DNA of 64,000 nucleotides. Origin: Spironucleus salmonicida (Eukaryota). How positions within the stretch are numbered: position 1 is the stretch's first letter; each line of letters starts with the position of its first letter. The notes beneath the pieces are model-generated. The model was not told the origin of the DNA. It ran no database searches and was given only the letters and a program-made list of their open reading frames with translations. Location of the stretch: the NCBI RefSeq assembly GCF_000497125.1, contig NC_090597.1:817797-881796 (forward strand). The letters are read 5' to 3'. The translations under genes were made by a program, and so were the position numbers. Of this stretch, positions 13,726 to 25,329 are shown piece after piece.

Positions 13726-14217
13726 ATGAGTATAAAAATAACAGTTTTGATTACTGGGCCTGCTGGAGCTGGAAAGAGTCAGTTTATGTATTAGCTTCTA
13801 GATAATAGTTTTACTGAAGTTCATGTATCAATGCCTCAAATTGCACAGAAAGTACTAATTGGACATCCACTGTAACCATACGTAACATTCGCTGAAACCG
13901 AGTTAAGATTTTATTAGAACGCAAATATTTGTATTTTATGTATTGACGTGAGAAAACCTTATTTATTGTCCTAATAATACAATTTAACTCGTCAGGAATT
14001 GCCCAACAAAAACTGCCTACTTACAATATTAGGGACATTTTCTGATGTTGCTGATAAGGCATAAATGGATAAATTTATGTTATTGGGACAGAAGCTTGGC
14101 CATGTTTTTCTGTGTAGCAGTAAGCTCAGGATTGGGGTTGAAGAAGTAATTTTGGCTTCCATTAACGAATACATCGAAAAGTATTTTGTTTTTGACTGCA
14201 GCGTTAAGGGGTTATGA
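13726..14217 (+). CDS. Divergent Ras-superfamily small GTPase-like protein, 163 aa
   Basis: MSIKITVLITGPAGAGKSQF (P-loop), FYQNANICILCIDV, LTILGTFSD (G4 position) and FLCSSKLRIGVEEV (G5 position). Confidence 0.85.
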
Positions 14218-14479
14218 AGTACAAATAGAGGAATTACTAGTTACTTGTTGTTTTTAGTTAACTGTAAAAACTATATTTAATATTAAATATTTTTTAATTG
14301 TAAATATTTATTGGTATTAGTATTATTATAAAAAATTTAATTTTTACAGCACTAGATTCTTTGTAAATAATCTAAATTAATATATAATGGATGATTACTT
14401 CGAAAAGGATTCTTTAAAGTGATAGCGAAAAGTTTATTATAATTTAAATAGTAATATATTAAATTTAGAATAAATAAAA

Positions 14480-16030
14480 ATGATAAAGACTATATAAACA
14501 ACCTAGTATGTTATTCCAGAAGGAATCGATGTAAAATAGTTAATCAGCATACTAACAAAATATTAAAATGCTAAATCAGTTCATTAATTTTAATATAAAA
14601 TAGAAGAAAATATACTTATCATTATTTAAGATTCATTTAAATTCACGTTGGCAGATTTTAAGGAAAACTAAAAATTATTTACTATATAAGAAGCATACAA
14701 CCTCATAACGAAATGTATTTACGCATCCTATGATCTGGCTTAATAAAATTTATTTATAGGTGGATATAGGCTTGATGATTTTATCGTTATCTTGAAGAAA
14801 AAATGGATTAAAATAAAAATTGTCCTTAATATTAAAAAAATATTTTAATATTTAACAGCAAATTACCCATCTTGTATTGCACCTGAGGTTTTAACGAATA
14901 TTATTACAGAGAAGGCCGACTTTTGGAGTTTTGGAGTTCTTTTATACTATTTATTAAAAACTAAATATAAAATACACAAAGATGTTTTTGATAGGTACAG
15001 TTAAGTTAGTTTCTTAGAAAGTCTTCAGATATAGAATAAAAAATTTGTAGACTTTATTTCAAACTTGATTTAACAAGATTATAACTTACGATTAGGATAT
15101 ATTTAATATTTCTAATTTGATAATGAAATAAGAAATGTGTGCCTTCATAGTAATGATATTTAAACAATAAATACCTCTACGTTCGACTAAGTTTTATCAA
15201 GTTTAAAGCTGGATAAAGTTAGAAATTTAGGTCAAGGGTCCTTTGGAAATGTATTATTAGTCAAAGATAAAACCGCTAATTAATTTGCATTAAAGGTTGT
15301 TGAAGTTCGAAACTAAATGGAAATAAACCAAGCTAGCTCAGAAGCATGCTTTATGGAGTAAAATAGAAACAATAACTATATAATTTAGATAAAATTTATG
15401 AAGAAAGTGCGCATTAATGATAAATTCTTTGTATTATTTGGTTAAGAATATGCGGATTTTGGTGATTTAAGGTACTTTATGAGAATGTATGGAACATAAC
15501 TATCTTAAACTTAGGTTTTAAAATTGTTTTATGATCTTTCATAGGCATTATTATTAATGAAAGAGTAAAATATGATTCACCGAGATATAAAGCCTGAAAA
15601 CATACTGTTAATGTAAAAAGACAACAAAATAATTGCTAAGCTTGCAGACTTTGGTTGTGATGAAGTTTTATTGAATGGGTCGAGCTCTGATTGTCATCAT
15701 TTAATAGGTACACCAGGATATATTGCACCAGAAGTACTTACATAAGACTAAGTATCGTTTTCCGTTGATGTCTGGAGTTTTGGTGTAATGCTTCAAGAAT
15801 ATACGGAAGAATAAGAATTGATTTCAATGTGCTTAATTGAAGATTAAAATTAACGAGCTTAAATTGAGGTTATCAATTAAAAATTACAAATCTATAAAGA
15901 TTAAGTAGTATAGGTACATGAAGTTGAATAATCTACAAGCTCGGCAGTTTCACACTCATAATATAATTCTGTTAATTTATCTGAACTAAATAGTAACTTT
16001 ACTTTTAGCGACTTTGCTATATTATAGTGA
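14480..16030 (+). CDS. Tandem pseudokinase + Ser/Thr kinase (NEK-like), copy 1, 516 aa
   Basis: The C-terminal domain has LGQGSFGNV, FALK, EYADFGDL, HRDIKPEN, ADFG, GTPGYIAPE and DVWSFG. The N-terminal domain keeps only APE and ADFWSFG. Ends TAG TGA. Confidence 0.92.
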
Positions 16031-19000
16031 ATTTTTTGTAGGTTTATATTTACACCATATAGATTTATTCATTGTGGTGTTAATATCAGTCATTATTAAA
16101 TTTGATTAGTTTATGTATATAAAATTATATAATATTGTTTTTTTAAGTTTATATAAAATAATATTAACTTGTAAGGACGTCGATTCCATAATTAAATTAT
16201 ACTAATAAAATATTTTTAGTATTTTAACAAATTTATTATATAATATTTATAAAAATAATACAACAATTTGTGTTTAGACTTAATTCAGAAAATAATTTCT
16301 ATGATTAGTTATATAAAGTATTGATTTACTTATGCTAAAACTATAATGAGTAATTTATTTAGAATAAACCAAAATTTACCTATAAATTGATTGTATATAT
16401 TTAGTAACTTAAATTTTATACAGTATAATACATATTTAGAGATTAAAATATTTTTAAAAATGAGAACAACAAGTTAGTCGTCATAATACTAAATACCATC
16501 TGGTGTGAATATTTAATAATTATAGGATATATTAAATAGGTACCTTAATGCTAAGTCTGTACATCCTTTTGAATATAAAATTACAACAGATTAGATTATA
16601 ATTACATAGCAACCAATATTGTAGACTTTAGCAGGGTTTAAGGAATAATAAAAACTATTTACAATTTAGGAAGCGTACAATATTCTCACTAAATGTGTGT
16701 ACGCGTCATATGAGCTTGCTCAGTAGTCTATATTTCTTGGTGGTTATTGTTTAGATGATTTTGCTATTCAAGTATAAAAGAAGTGGATTAGAATAAAGAT
16801 TGTAGCCAATATTTCAAAGATTTTTAAATATTTAACTAGATAATTTTCAGACTGTACCGCCCCAGAAGTTCAATAGAATATTATTACAGAAAAAGCTGAT
16901 TTTTGGAGTTTTGGTGTTATCTTATACTATTTACTGAAAACTTCATACCAAATTCATAAGGATATATTCGATAGATATAGTCAATCGTGCTTTCTGGAAA
17001 GTCTGCAAATTTAAAATAAAAACCTGGTTGACTTATTAACCAATATGATAGAGCCAGATCATAATATCAGACTAGGTTACATTTAGTTCTTTACACTGGA
17101 TAATGAAGTTCGATCTACCTGTTAAGGTATAGGTCACATTAAAACCGTAAATACAGCAACCCTTGACCAAGTATTGCTTAATTTGAATCTTAAAAAAATT
17201 ATGCAAATAGGCGAAGGGTCGTTTGGTAACGTATTCCTGGTTAAAAATAATGATGGAGATAAGTTTGCTCTTAAAATTATTGAGGTCAGGAATTAAATTT
17301 AGATTAACCAGGCTAGTTCCGAGGCTTGTTTTATGGAGTAAAATAAGAACAATAATTCGATAATATAAATCAAATTTATGGAAAAAGTACGAATCAATGA
17401 CACTATTTATATCCTCATGTGCTAGGAGTATGCAGAATTTGGCGACTTGAGACATTTTATGAAACTTTATAGTTCTTAACTGGCATAACCTCAAATCCTT
17501 AAGCTGTTTTATGATATTTCTCAGGCAATGCTAATGATGAAAGAGTAAAATATGATTCACCGAGATATAAAGCCTGAAAACATACTGTTAATGTAAAAAG
17601 ACAACAAAATAATTGCTAAGCTTGCAGACTTTGGTTGTGATGAAGTTTTATTGAATGGGTCGAGCTCTGATTGTCATCATTTAATAGGTACACCAGGATA
17701 TATTGCACCAGAAGTACTTACATAAGACTAAGTATCGTTTTCCGTTGATGTCTGGAGTTTTGGTGTAATGCTTCAAGAATATACGGAAGAATAAGAATTG
17801 ATTTCAATGTGCTTAATTGAAGATTAAAATTAACGAGCTTAAATTGAGGTTATCAATTAAAAATTACAAATCTATAAAGATTAAGTAGTATAGGTACATG
17901 AAGTTGAATAATCTACAAGCTCGGCAGTTTCACACTCATAATATAATTCTGTTAATTTATCTGAACTAAATAGTAACTTTACTTTTAGCGACTTTGCTAT
18001 ATTATAGTGAATTTTTTGTAGGTTTATATTTACACCATATAGATTTATTCATTGTGGTGTTAATATCAGTCATTATTAAATTTGATTAGTTTATGTATAT
18101 AAAATTATATAATATTGTTTTTTTAAGTTTATATAAAATAATATTAACTTGTAAGGACGTCGATTCCATAATTAAATTATACTAATAAAATATTTTTAGT
18201 ATTTTAACAAATTTATTATATAATATTTATAAAAATAATACAACAATTTGTGTTTAGACTTAATTCAGAAAATAATTTCTATGATTAGTTATATAAAGTA
18301 TTGATTTACTTATGCTAAAACTATAATGAGTAATTTATTTAGAATAAACCAAAATTTACCTATAAATTGATTGTATATATTTAGTAACTTAAATTTTATA
18401 CAGTATAATACATATTTAGAGATTAAAATATTTTTAAAAATGAGAACAACAAGTTAGTCGTCATAATACTAAATACCATCTGGTGTGAATATTTAATAAT
18501 TATAGGATATATTAAATAGGTACCTTAATGCTAAGTCTGTACATCCTTTTGAATATAAAATTACAACAGATTAGATTATAATTACATAGCAACCAATATT
18601 GTAGACTTTAGCAGGGTTTAAGGAATAATAAAAACTATTTACAATTTAGGAAGCGTACAATATTCTCACTAAATGTGTGTACGCGTCATATGAGCTTGCT
18701 CAGTAGTCTATATTTCTTGGTGGTTATTGTTTAGATGATTTTGCTATTCAAGTATAAAAGAAGTGGATTAGAATAAAGATTGTAGCCAATATTTCAAAGA
18801 TTTTTAAATATTTAACTAGATAATTTTCAGACTGTACCGCCCCAGAAGTTCAATAGAATATTATTACAGAAAAAGCTGATTTTTGGAGTTTTGGTGTTAT
18901 CTTATACTATTTACTGAAAACTTCATACCAAATTCATAAGGATATATTCGATAGATATAGTCAATCGTGCTTTCTGGAAAGTCTGCAAATTTAAAATAAA

Positions 19001-19744
19001 AACCTGGTTGACTTATTAACCAATATGATAGAGCCAGATCATAATATCAGACTAGGTTACATTTAGTTCTTTACACTGGATAATGAAGTTCGATCTACCT
19101 GTTAAGGTATAGGTCACATTAAAACCGTAAATACAGCAACCCTTGACCAAGTATTGCTTAATTTGAATCTTAAAAAAATTATGCAAATAGGCGAAGGGTC
19201 GTTTGGTAACGTATTCCTGGTTAAAAATAATGATGGAGATAAGTTTGCTCTTAAAATTATTGAGGTCAGGAATTAAATTTAGATTAACCAGGCTAGTTCC
19301 GAGGCTTGTTTTATGGAGTAAAATAAGAACAATAATTCGATAATATAAATCAAATTTATGGAAAAAGTACGAATCAATGACACTATTTATATCCTCATGT
19401 GCTAGGAGTATGCAGAATTTGGCGACTTGAGACATTTTATGAAACTTTATAGTTCTTAACTGGCATAACCTCAAATCCTTAAGCTGTTTTATGATATTTC
19501 TCAGGCAATGCTAATGATGAAAGAGTAAAATATGATTCACCGAGATATAAAGCCTGAAAACATACTGTTAATGTAAAAAGACAACAAAATAATTGCTAAG
19601 CTTGCAGACTTTGGTTGTGATGAAGTTTTATTGAATGGGTCGAGCTCTGATTGTCATCATTTAATAGGTACACCAGGATATATTGCACCAGAAGTACTTA
19701 CATAAGACTAAGTATCGTTTTCCGTTGATGTCTGGAGTTTTGGT
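15557..19744 (+). repeat. Apparently perfect tandem repeat, period 1980 bp
   Basis: By eye, the base at position i equals the base at i+1980 from ~15557 to ~17764, including the AT-rich intergenic spacer. Confidence 0.93.
16460..18010 (+). CDS. Tandem pseudokinase + Ser/Thr kinase, copy 2 (chimeric)
   Basis: Same architecture and length as copy 1. The 5' part appears identical to copy 3 and the 3' part identical to copy 1. Confidence 0.88.
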
Positions 19745-19990
19745 ATAATGTTATAGGAATATACACAAGAGTAAAACCTTATTTCTCTTTGTCTGATTGA
19801 AGATTAGAACGAGCGTGCGGCAATTGAAAAAATAAACGAGTTGTTGAGCGTGTATAAAGACATAATAGTTTAAGTGATAGAGGTGGAGCCTTCAGTAAAT
19901 TCATTCACCGCCAGCTCTGAGTATAACTCTTTAAGCATATTGGAGCTGCAGAGTAACTTTACCTTCAGCGATTTTGCTATTCTAGAATGA
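18440..19990 (+). CDS. Tandem pseudokinase + Ser/Thr kinase, copy 3
   Basis: MRTTSQSS...IGEGSFGNV...HRDIKPEN...DFAILE then TGA. Confidence 0.92.
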
Positions 19991-20305
19991 GATTTTTGTG
20001 TTTCTTCAGGAACCTTATATTCAGTGTAAATAGTTTCCAACATGCTAAGGCAATTATAACACACAAATACCAAATAAAGCGCAAATCATTACCTAAAAAT
20101 AAAGTTAAATTTTAGCTACTACGCAACACAAATCTCTATGCCGCACTACTTCAAAACTGCGATTTAATATCCCCAAATTCTAATTCTCTCCCATTTACTC
20201 CCAAACAACTCAAATCTACATCACCATATTCACATTTTATTCCTTTTCCGATTTTTCTCCTAATATTATATAATATTGATATATCAAAATTTCGCTCCGC
20301 ATTTA

Positions 20306-21487
20306 ATGACGGAATCGCACACCAACGATGACAACAACACACAACAAGCTATTTTGAACCAAATCGACGTACACCTCGCCCTGGAGGTTTTCGATGACGC
20401 TAAGAAGAAACTGACGCTGCTGGAGGAGCTGGCGCCGAACCTGGACCAGCACAAAGACGAATTAACGCTCTACGTAGGCGAGGAGATCCAGCGCATCATC
20501 CACTCGCAGCAGGCGCTCGAATCCGACTTCTCGCAACTCGTGCTGCAGCGCGACCGTAAACAGCTCGAAAACGCCACAAAGGCGGAATTGAATCTCCTGA
20601 ACGGCCAGGTGCAGCTTCTGGCCGAGAAAATCCGCGAATCTACCAAAGAGCTCTGCAAGAACCTGAAAGAGAACCCGACGGTAACGGAGAACCTCGTGAA
20701 GACGCAGCAGCACCGCTCGGACCTTCTGCAATGGATAAAGTCAGCAATTACGGAATTGAACCTCAAAAACTCATATTTGTCGCTAGAGACCGAAATTCAG
20801 CAGCGTTACATGGTGCACCAGGAGCAGCAGAAGCTCCAGCAGAAGGAACTTGAAGCGCGCGAACGCGTCAAAGCGATGCAGCTCGAAATCGAAACGGAGC
20901 GCAAAAGGCACGAAAATGAAGTGAAAACTCGCAATACTGAGCTGAATGAACTCAAATAGGCACTTTTTTACCAGAAAGATCGGGCCGAAAACACGATAAA
21001 ACTGTTCGAAGTGGAGCTGAAAAGCGGCGGCGACGAAGCGCAAAGGGAGCGGAAAATTGAAATCGAATTGCAATTGGAAAAGTGCAAATTGATGATTTAG
21101 AGCGTTTCGGACGAGAGCAAAAGCCAGGAAATCCTCTTCAACGAAATCAATTCCAGCTACAATCAGATGAGCAATTTGAGCAGTCAGACGATGCAGAGCC
21201 AGGAGGGCATAATTAGCGTTTTGACGACGCAAAAATAGCTTCTCGAACAAGAAAGGAGTGAAAAATCGAAAAAGATTTCGGATTTGGAAGACGAAGATAT
21301 GCGAAATTAGAGCGAAAAAAAGGAGTGGGAAGACGAGTAATCTTTCCTTTTGCGCATGAAACAGGCGGTGCAGAAAACGCGCGAAATGCGCAGCGAGGGA
21401 ATTCGGGGATTCGTGATCGAAAAAATGGTCGAGGCGCTGGACCCGCCTGAGCTGAAGAAAAAGAAGGGCAAGAAAGGGAAAAAGTGA
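20306..21487 (+). CDS. DRC9: Dynein regulatory complex subunit 9 (IQCG-like) coiled-coil protein, 393 aa
   Basis: Segments IDVHLALEVFDDAKKKLTLLEELAP, TENLVKTQQHRSDLLQWIKSAITEL..SYLSL and the KKKKGKKGKK C-terminus align by recall with IQCG/DRC9. Ends AAG TGA. Confidence 0.8.
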
Positions 21488-22584
21488 GTGGAAGGGATAA
21501 TTTGATATGTGTATTATTATATTATAATATAGGATTTTGGTAGAAACGGTTTCAGAAACTGGGGAAAATTTTTAAATGCGGTTATATGTATATAATAATA
21601 AGGAAAAAGTCGAGGTATTTATTGTATATAAATGTATAATAATTGTGATAATGATAATAATATTTTAAGATTTTACGTAAAATTTTTATGGGGATGGAGC
21701 GCTAGGAGGTTGGGAGAAATCACTGGATAGAGGGTAGTGATAAGTGGGTTTGGGATGTGGTATTTATCAGGGAGGAATGAGTGAGGGGAGAGGGATTCGG
21801 TCGCATAAATGCAGTTGCTAGCAAGAAATAGATAGTTTGTGCATAGAATATAATGAATTAATTTTGATAGCTGCTTTATAAGATAGTTAGGTTTAAGTAA
21901 TAGTAATTTTTGCAATCGTTACTTTTAAAATATCAAATTGTTTGATAGTAGGTTACTGTGGGCTGATAGGTAATAAAGGAAGGCATAGTGAATGGTTAAA
22001 ATAGATGTGATATGGTAATTTTTAGAACAATTATCAAGATAATAGAAACTATAAGCTAATTTACTGTTTTATGTTATGATAAAGATCATACTCACCTAAG
22101 TTAAGTTATTATTTTTAGAAAAATTGGTAATGTACTAAGTCAAATTATCATAACTAACTTCTTCTGAATTTTTGGTTTGACACTTTAGTTAGAATTATTA
22201 TAGTGGAGTTAGTAATAATGGAGAGCTTATAATAAAAGCCTTATAATTGTTAATTATAATGACTAAAGTTTTAATAACTATCTTATTTAAGTATGTAAAG
22301 TCACTAGTAATAAATTTGGCATAAAATATATCAGTTTAGGAGTAATTTACTAGAAATAATTCAGAATTTGTAGTGAAAATATTTAATTAGCTTTAATATT
22401 AACGTAAATTTAACCTTTTATAACAGTTTTATTGAATCTAACCTATGAAGATTAAAAAATAATTATTATTGTATTTTATGTGAATTGTTTAAGTGGTTAA
22501 TATTATAATATAATATAATTATATTTTTAATGCTCGATATAAAATTTATAATTATATTATTATTATCTATCAATATTTGTTTTA

Positions 22585-22612
22585 CATTCCTTTTTCCACT
22601 CCTTCGCTATAA
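22585..22612 (+). promoter_or_regulatory. C-rich upstream motif plus A-rich initiator (example at TCTP)
   Basis: CATTCCTTTTTCCACTCCTTCGCTATAA-ATG. Similar C-rich tracts precede the ATGs at 13361(-), 20306, 29938, 37198 and 47480(-). Confidence 0.55.
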
Positions 22613-23104
22613 ATGATAATTTATAAGGACATCGTACGTAACCATGAAATGTTTTCTGAGGCTATCATTGCTAAAGATATCGAAGATCCCTTGTTCTACG
22701 TTGTCAAAGGTAAGATGATTGCACCTGATGTTGAAGAAGGTACTCCTGAAGACGAAATTGAAAAGGTTATAGACATTCCTTATTATTAAGGTTTAGATGA
22801 ACTCCAACTTGACACTTTTACTGCTAAAATGTTCTAAGCTAACGTTAAGTCTTTCCTCAAACCCATTATCTCTAAGATCAAGAAGGAAGGTGGTGACGAA
22901 GCTAAAGAAGCTTTTATGGAAAAAGTTAAGGAATTCATGAATACTCACTGTAAGGATAAGAAGACTTTTGAATAATATTCTTATTATATCCACAATGATG
23001 ACTATGAGCATCTCGATAACTGCTTTATCGTTATCTGCAAGTGGGAAGGTGAAACTCCCCTTTTCTATTTCTGGAAGGACGGTCTTAAAACCGAAAAGTG
23101 CTGA
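22613..23104 (+). CDS. TCTP: Translationally controlled tumour protein homologue, 163 aa
   Basis: N-terminus MIIYKDIVRNHEMFSE...FYVVKGKMI and C-terminus EGETPLFYFWKDGLKTEKC are diagnostic TCTP ends. Confidence 0.95.
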
Positions 23105-23289
23105 TTTATTTTGCCATTTTTAATTAAGTTATTTTAAATAAATCATTCAACAATAAAAATATCTACATAATTTTTAAAATATTGAGGTATATCATAATGC
23201 TGGTTTACTAATTAAATTATTTCATCATTTGCCTAGTAAATGAGTGGATAGCAGCTAATATTAGAAATTAATATTTTATGCTAAAATAC

Positions 23290-23950
23290 ATCCTATCAGC
23301 AACAAATATTTTAATATAGCACCCACACTTGACAATTTGTTTTTCTCACTTTGACTGGCACATCAGTGATCGGCTGCAGCTACTCACATACAGCTTACCG
23401 GAGATACTTCGTATTCTTCAATTCGTCGCACATGTGTACATTTGATATACTTAACAATGTTGTCAGCAACAACCTGAATCTTCCCCTCTTAACCACAGCA
23501 AAGTACCATAAATCAGCAAATATCAAAATGCTCCTCATCATGAAAAACACAAAAATGTTAATCCCAGTAACCTTCCAACTGGTCGTAGCATACTCTAATT
23601 AGACCAAACATTGTCAGTCCACTTACACAAACTCATGATTGCAATACCTACATTCATTATGTTCTAAAACGAAACCCTGGACGCACTACTCACACCGCCT
23701 ATCTTCACAGCGAAATCTGCAGTTAAAACAAGTATTACAGCCCTAGTAACACAAAAATTACTTCCACATACACGTTTTGACCAACCTACCAGCTCCATTT
23801 TAAACATTCCATTAGCACCAAAAGCACAATAATTATCACACGACCCACCCTAATTCTACTACTATTTATCCCGCACTACTAATATTTTTTCTTTTTCACG
23901 CACAGTAGTATGTAACACAGACTAAATACATACACTTGCGATAGTCATTT
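23290..23950 (-). pseudogene. Decayed cysteine-rich membrane protein
   Basis: CYQGCNTCFNC...CEQCVQGFVLEHNECRYC, an in-frame TGA, then a TM-like segment and WYFAVVKRGR. Frameshifted 5' part. Confidence 0.65.
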
Positions 23951-24351
23951 TCAAAATATTCAATCCTTTCAGAGTCGCGTTACTCGCTTAAAAGGTTTGA
24001 ATGTTTTAAAAATAACTTTCCCAAGATTTATGTATTTAATCTGTATTACTTACTACTACCAGTTGCATTCGCTAAAAGCGAATCCATAGTTGGTTTCTCT
24101 TAGAGTTAAAAAATATTGCTTCTCTTAGTTTTAAAAATAGTTACCAACTATTAACCTTTAAAAAAATATTACTGTCGGTAACACGGCAAGGAAGCTAGCG
24201 CCTTAGCGATTGCTGAAAGGTCGGGTCGCATTAGCAAAAATCGAATTGATCAACCTATGAATCAAACTAGTAGCGTCTTTAATCAAACAAGCTCAAAAAA
24301 GTAAAAGCATAAAATAGTAATTCTTGAAAACACTATTTTTATGTTTATAAA

Positions 24352-25329
24352 ATGGAACACAACCACACAGCGTTTGTATAATCAAACATTAAAGGTATTC
24401 TGCAAAAGCTGCAGCAAGTTACATAACAATACTTCAAGAGGGAGTTATCTCTTTAAGAGTACTACTAAAAATAATAGCAATAAAAGTTATAGCTTCATCA
24501 TATTAAATTATTGAAAAATAAGATATTTGAAATATCATAGGATGATTTAAATGATTCTTAAACTAAACAATTGAAACAAGATATTAGTAAGATTAGAAAG
24601 ATCAGATCGTAATAAGAATCAGATAAAATTAAATTAGATTAATACAATAAATATTAAAAAGATTACAAGCATATATCTATTTTAAAATATTAAATAAACT
24701 AGAATAATAAATAAATACCACTAATACTAGAAAAGCAAATCTCATCTGTATATAAAAACAAGTAGATTAAATTATTAAGAACTAAAACAGAAAAGTACAA
24801 TGAGATGATCAATAATCTAAACGATAGGGTTTAAGGAGTTATCTCATAGAAAAGAATTAGATAATTTAATGACATAATTACTAAAATTAATTAATTAGAC
24901 TCAAATGCTTTAGTCAATGAATAAGTAATTGACTATTATTAATTTAATGTAGAAGATGTTACTTTTGCTGAAAGAATTAATGGAGAGTTCAATTTACCAT
25001 AGATGATGCTCCCTCGTATCGAAACGATAGAATACTTTCCACTCGAATCTCCAGCTTACTGCCCATAAACCCTGATACCAAGTAAATTATCACTACCTGC
25101 TAAAATTCTACTTCTCAGTCTCCTAATTAACCTTGGTCTTCTTCATATACCAGAATACACCACCGGCGACTCCTCCCACCACTACCAGAACTGCGATGAT
25201 AATTCCTGCAATGGCGCCACCAGATAGGTTGGTACTAGACGTATCGCTTTAGGGGAAGCAGAAAGTACCAACGGTAATGTACCCATCCATGCAGCTGTTG
25301 CACTTCTACTCTTCTAGTTTGTATCCTGA
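24352..25329 (+). CDS. Hypothetical Q/K-rich, probably coiled-coil protein (325 codons)
   Basis: TGA-free frame from ATG 24352 ([31 protein letters not shown]...). The last ~240 bp overlap the convergent CRMP gene. Confidence 0.45.

Noticed and set aside
17072-17494. Duplicated 140-aa minus-strand ORF (also 19052-19474)
   Set aside because: It is antisense to the kinase domain and is duplicated only because of the tandem repeat.
21650-22500. Possible gene between DRC9 and TCTP
   Set aside because: The frames tested are interrupted by TGA and show no recognisable protein features.
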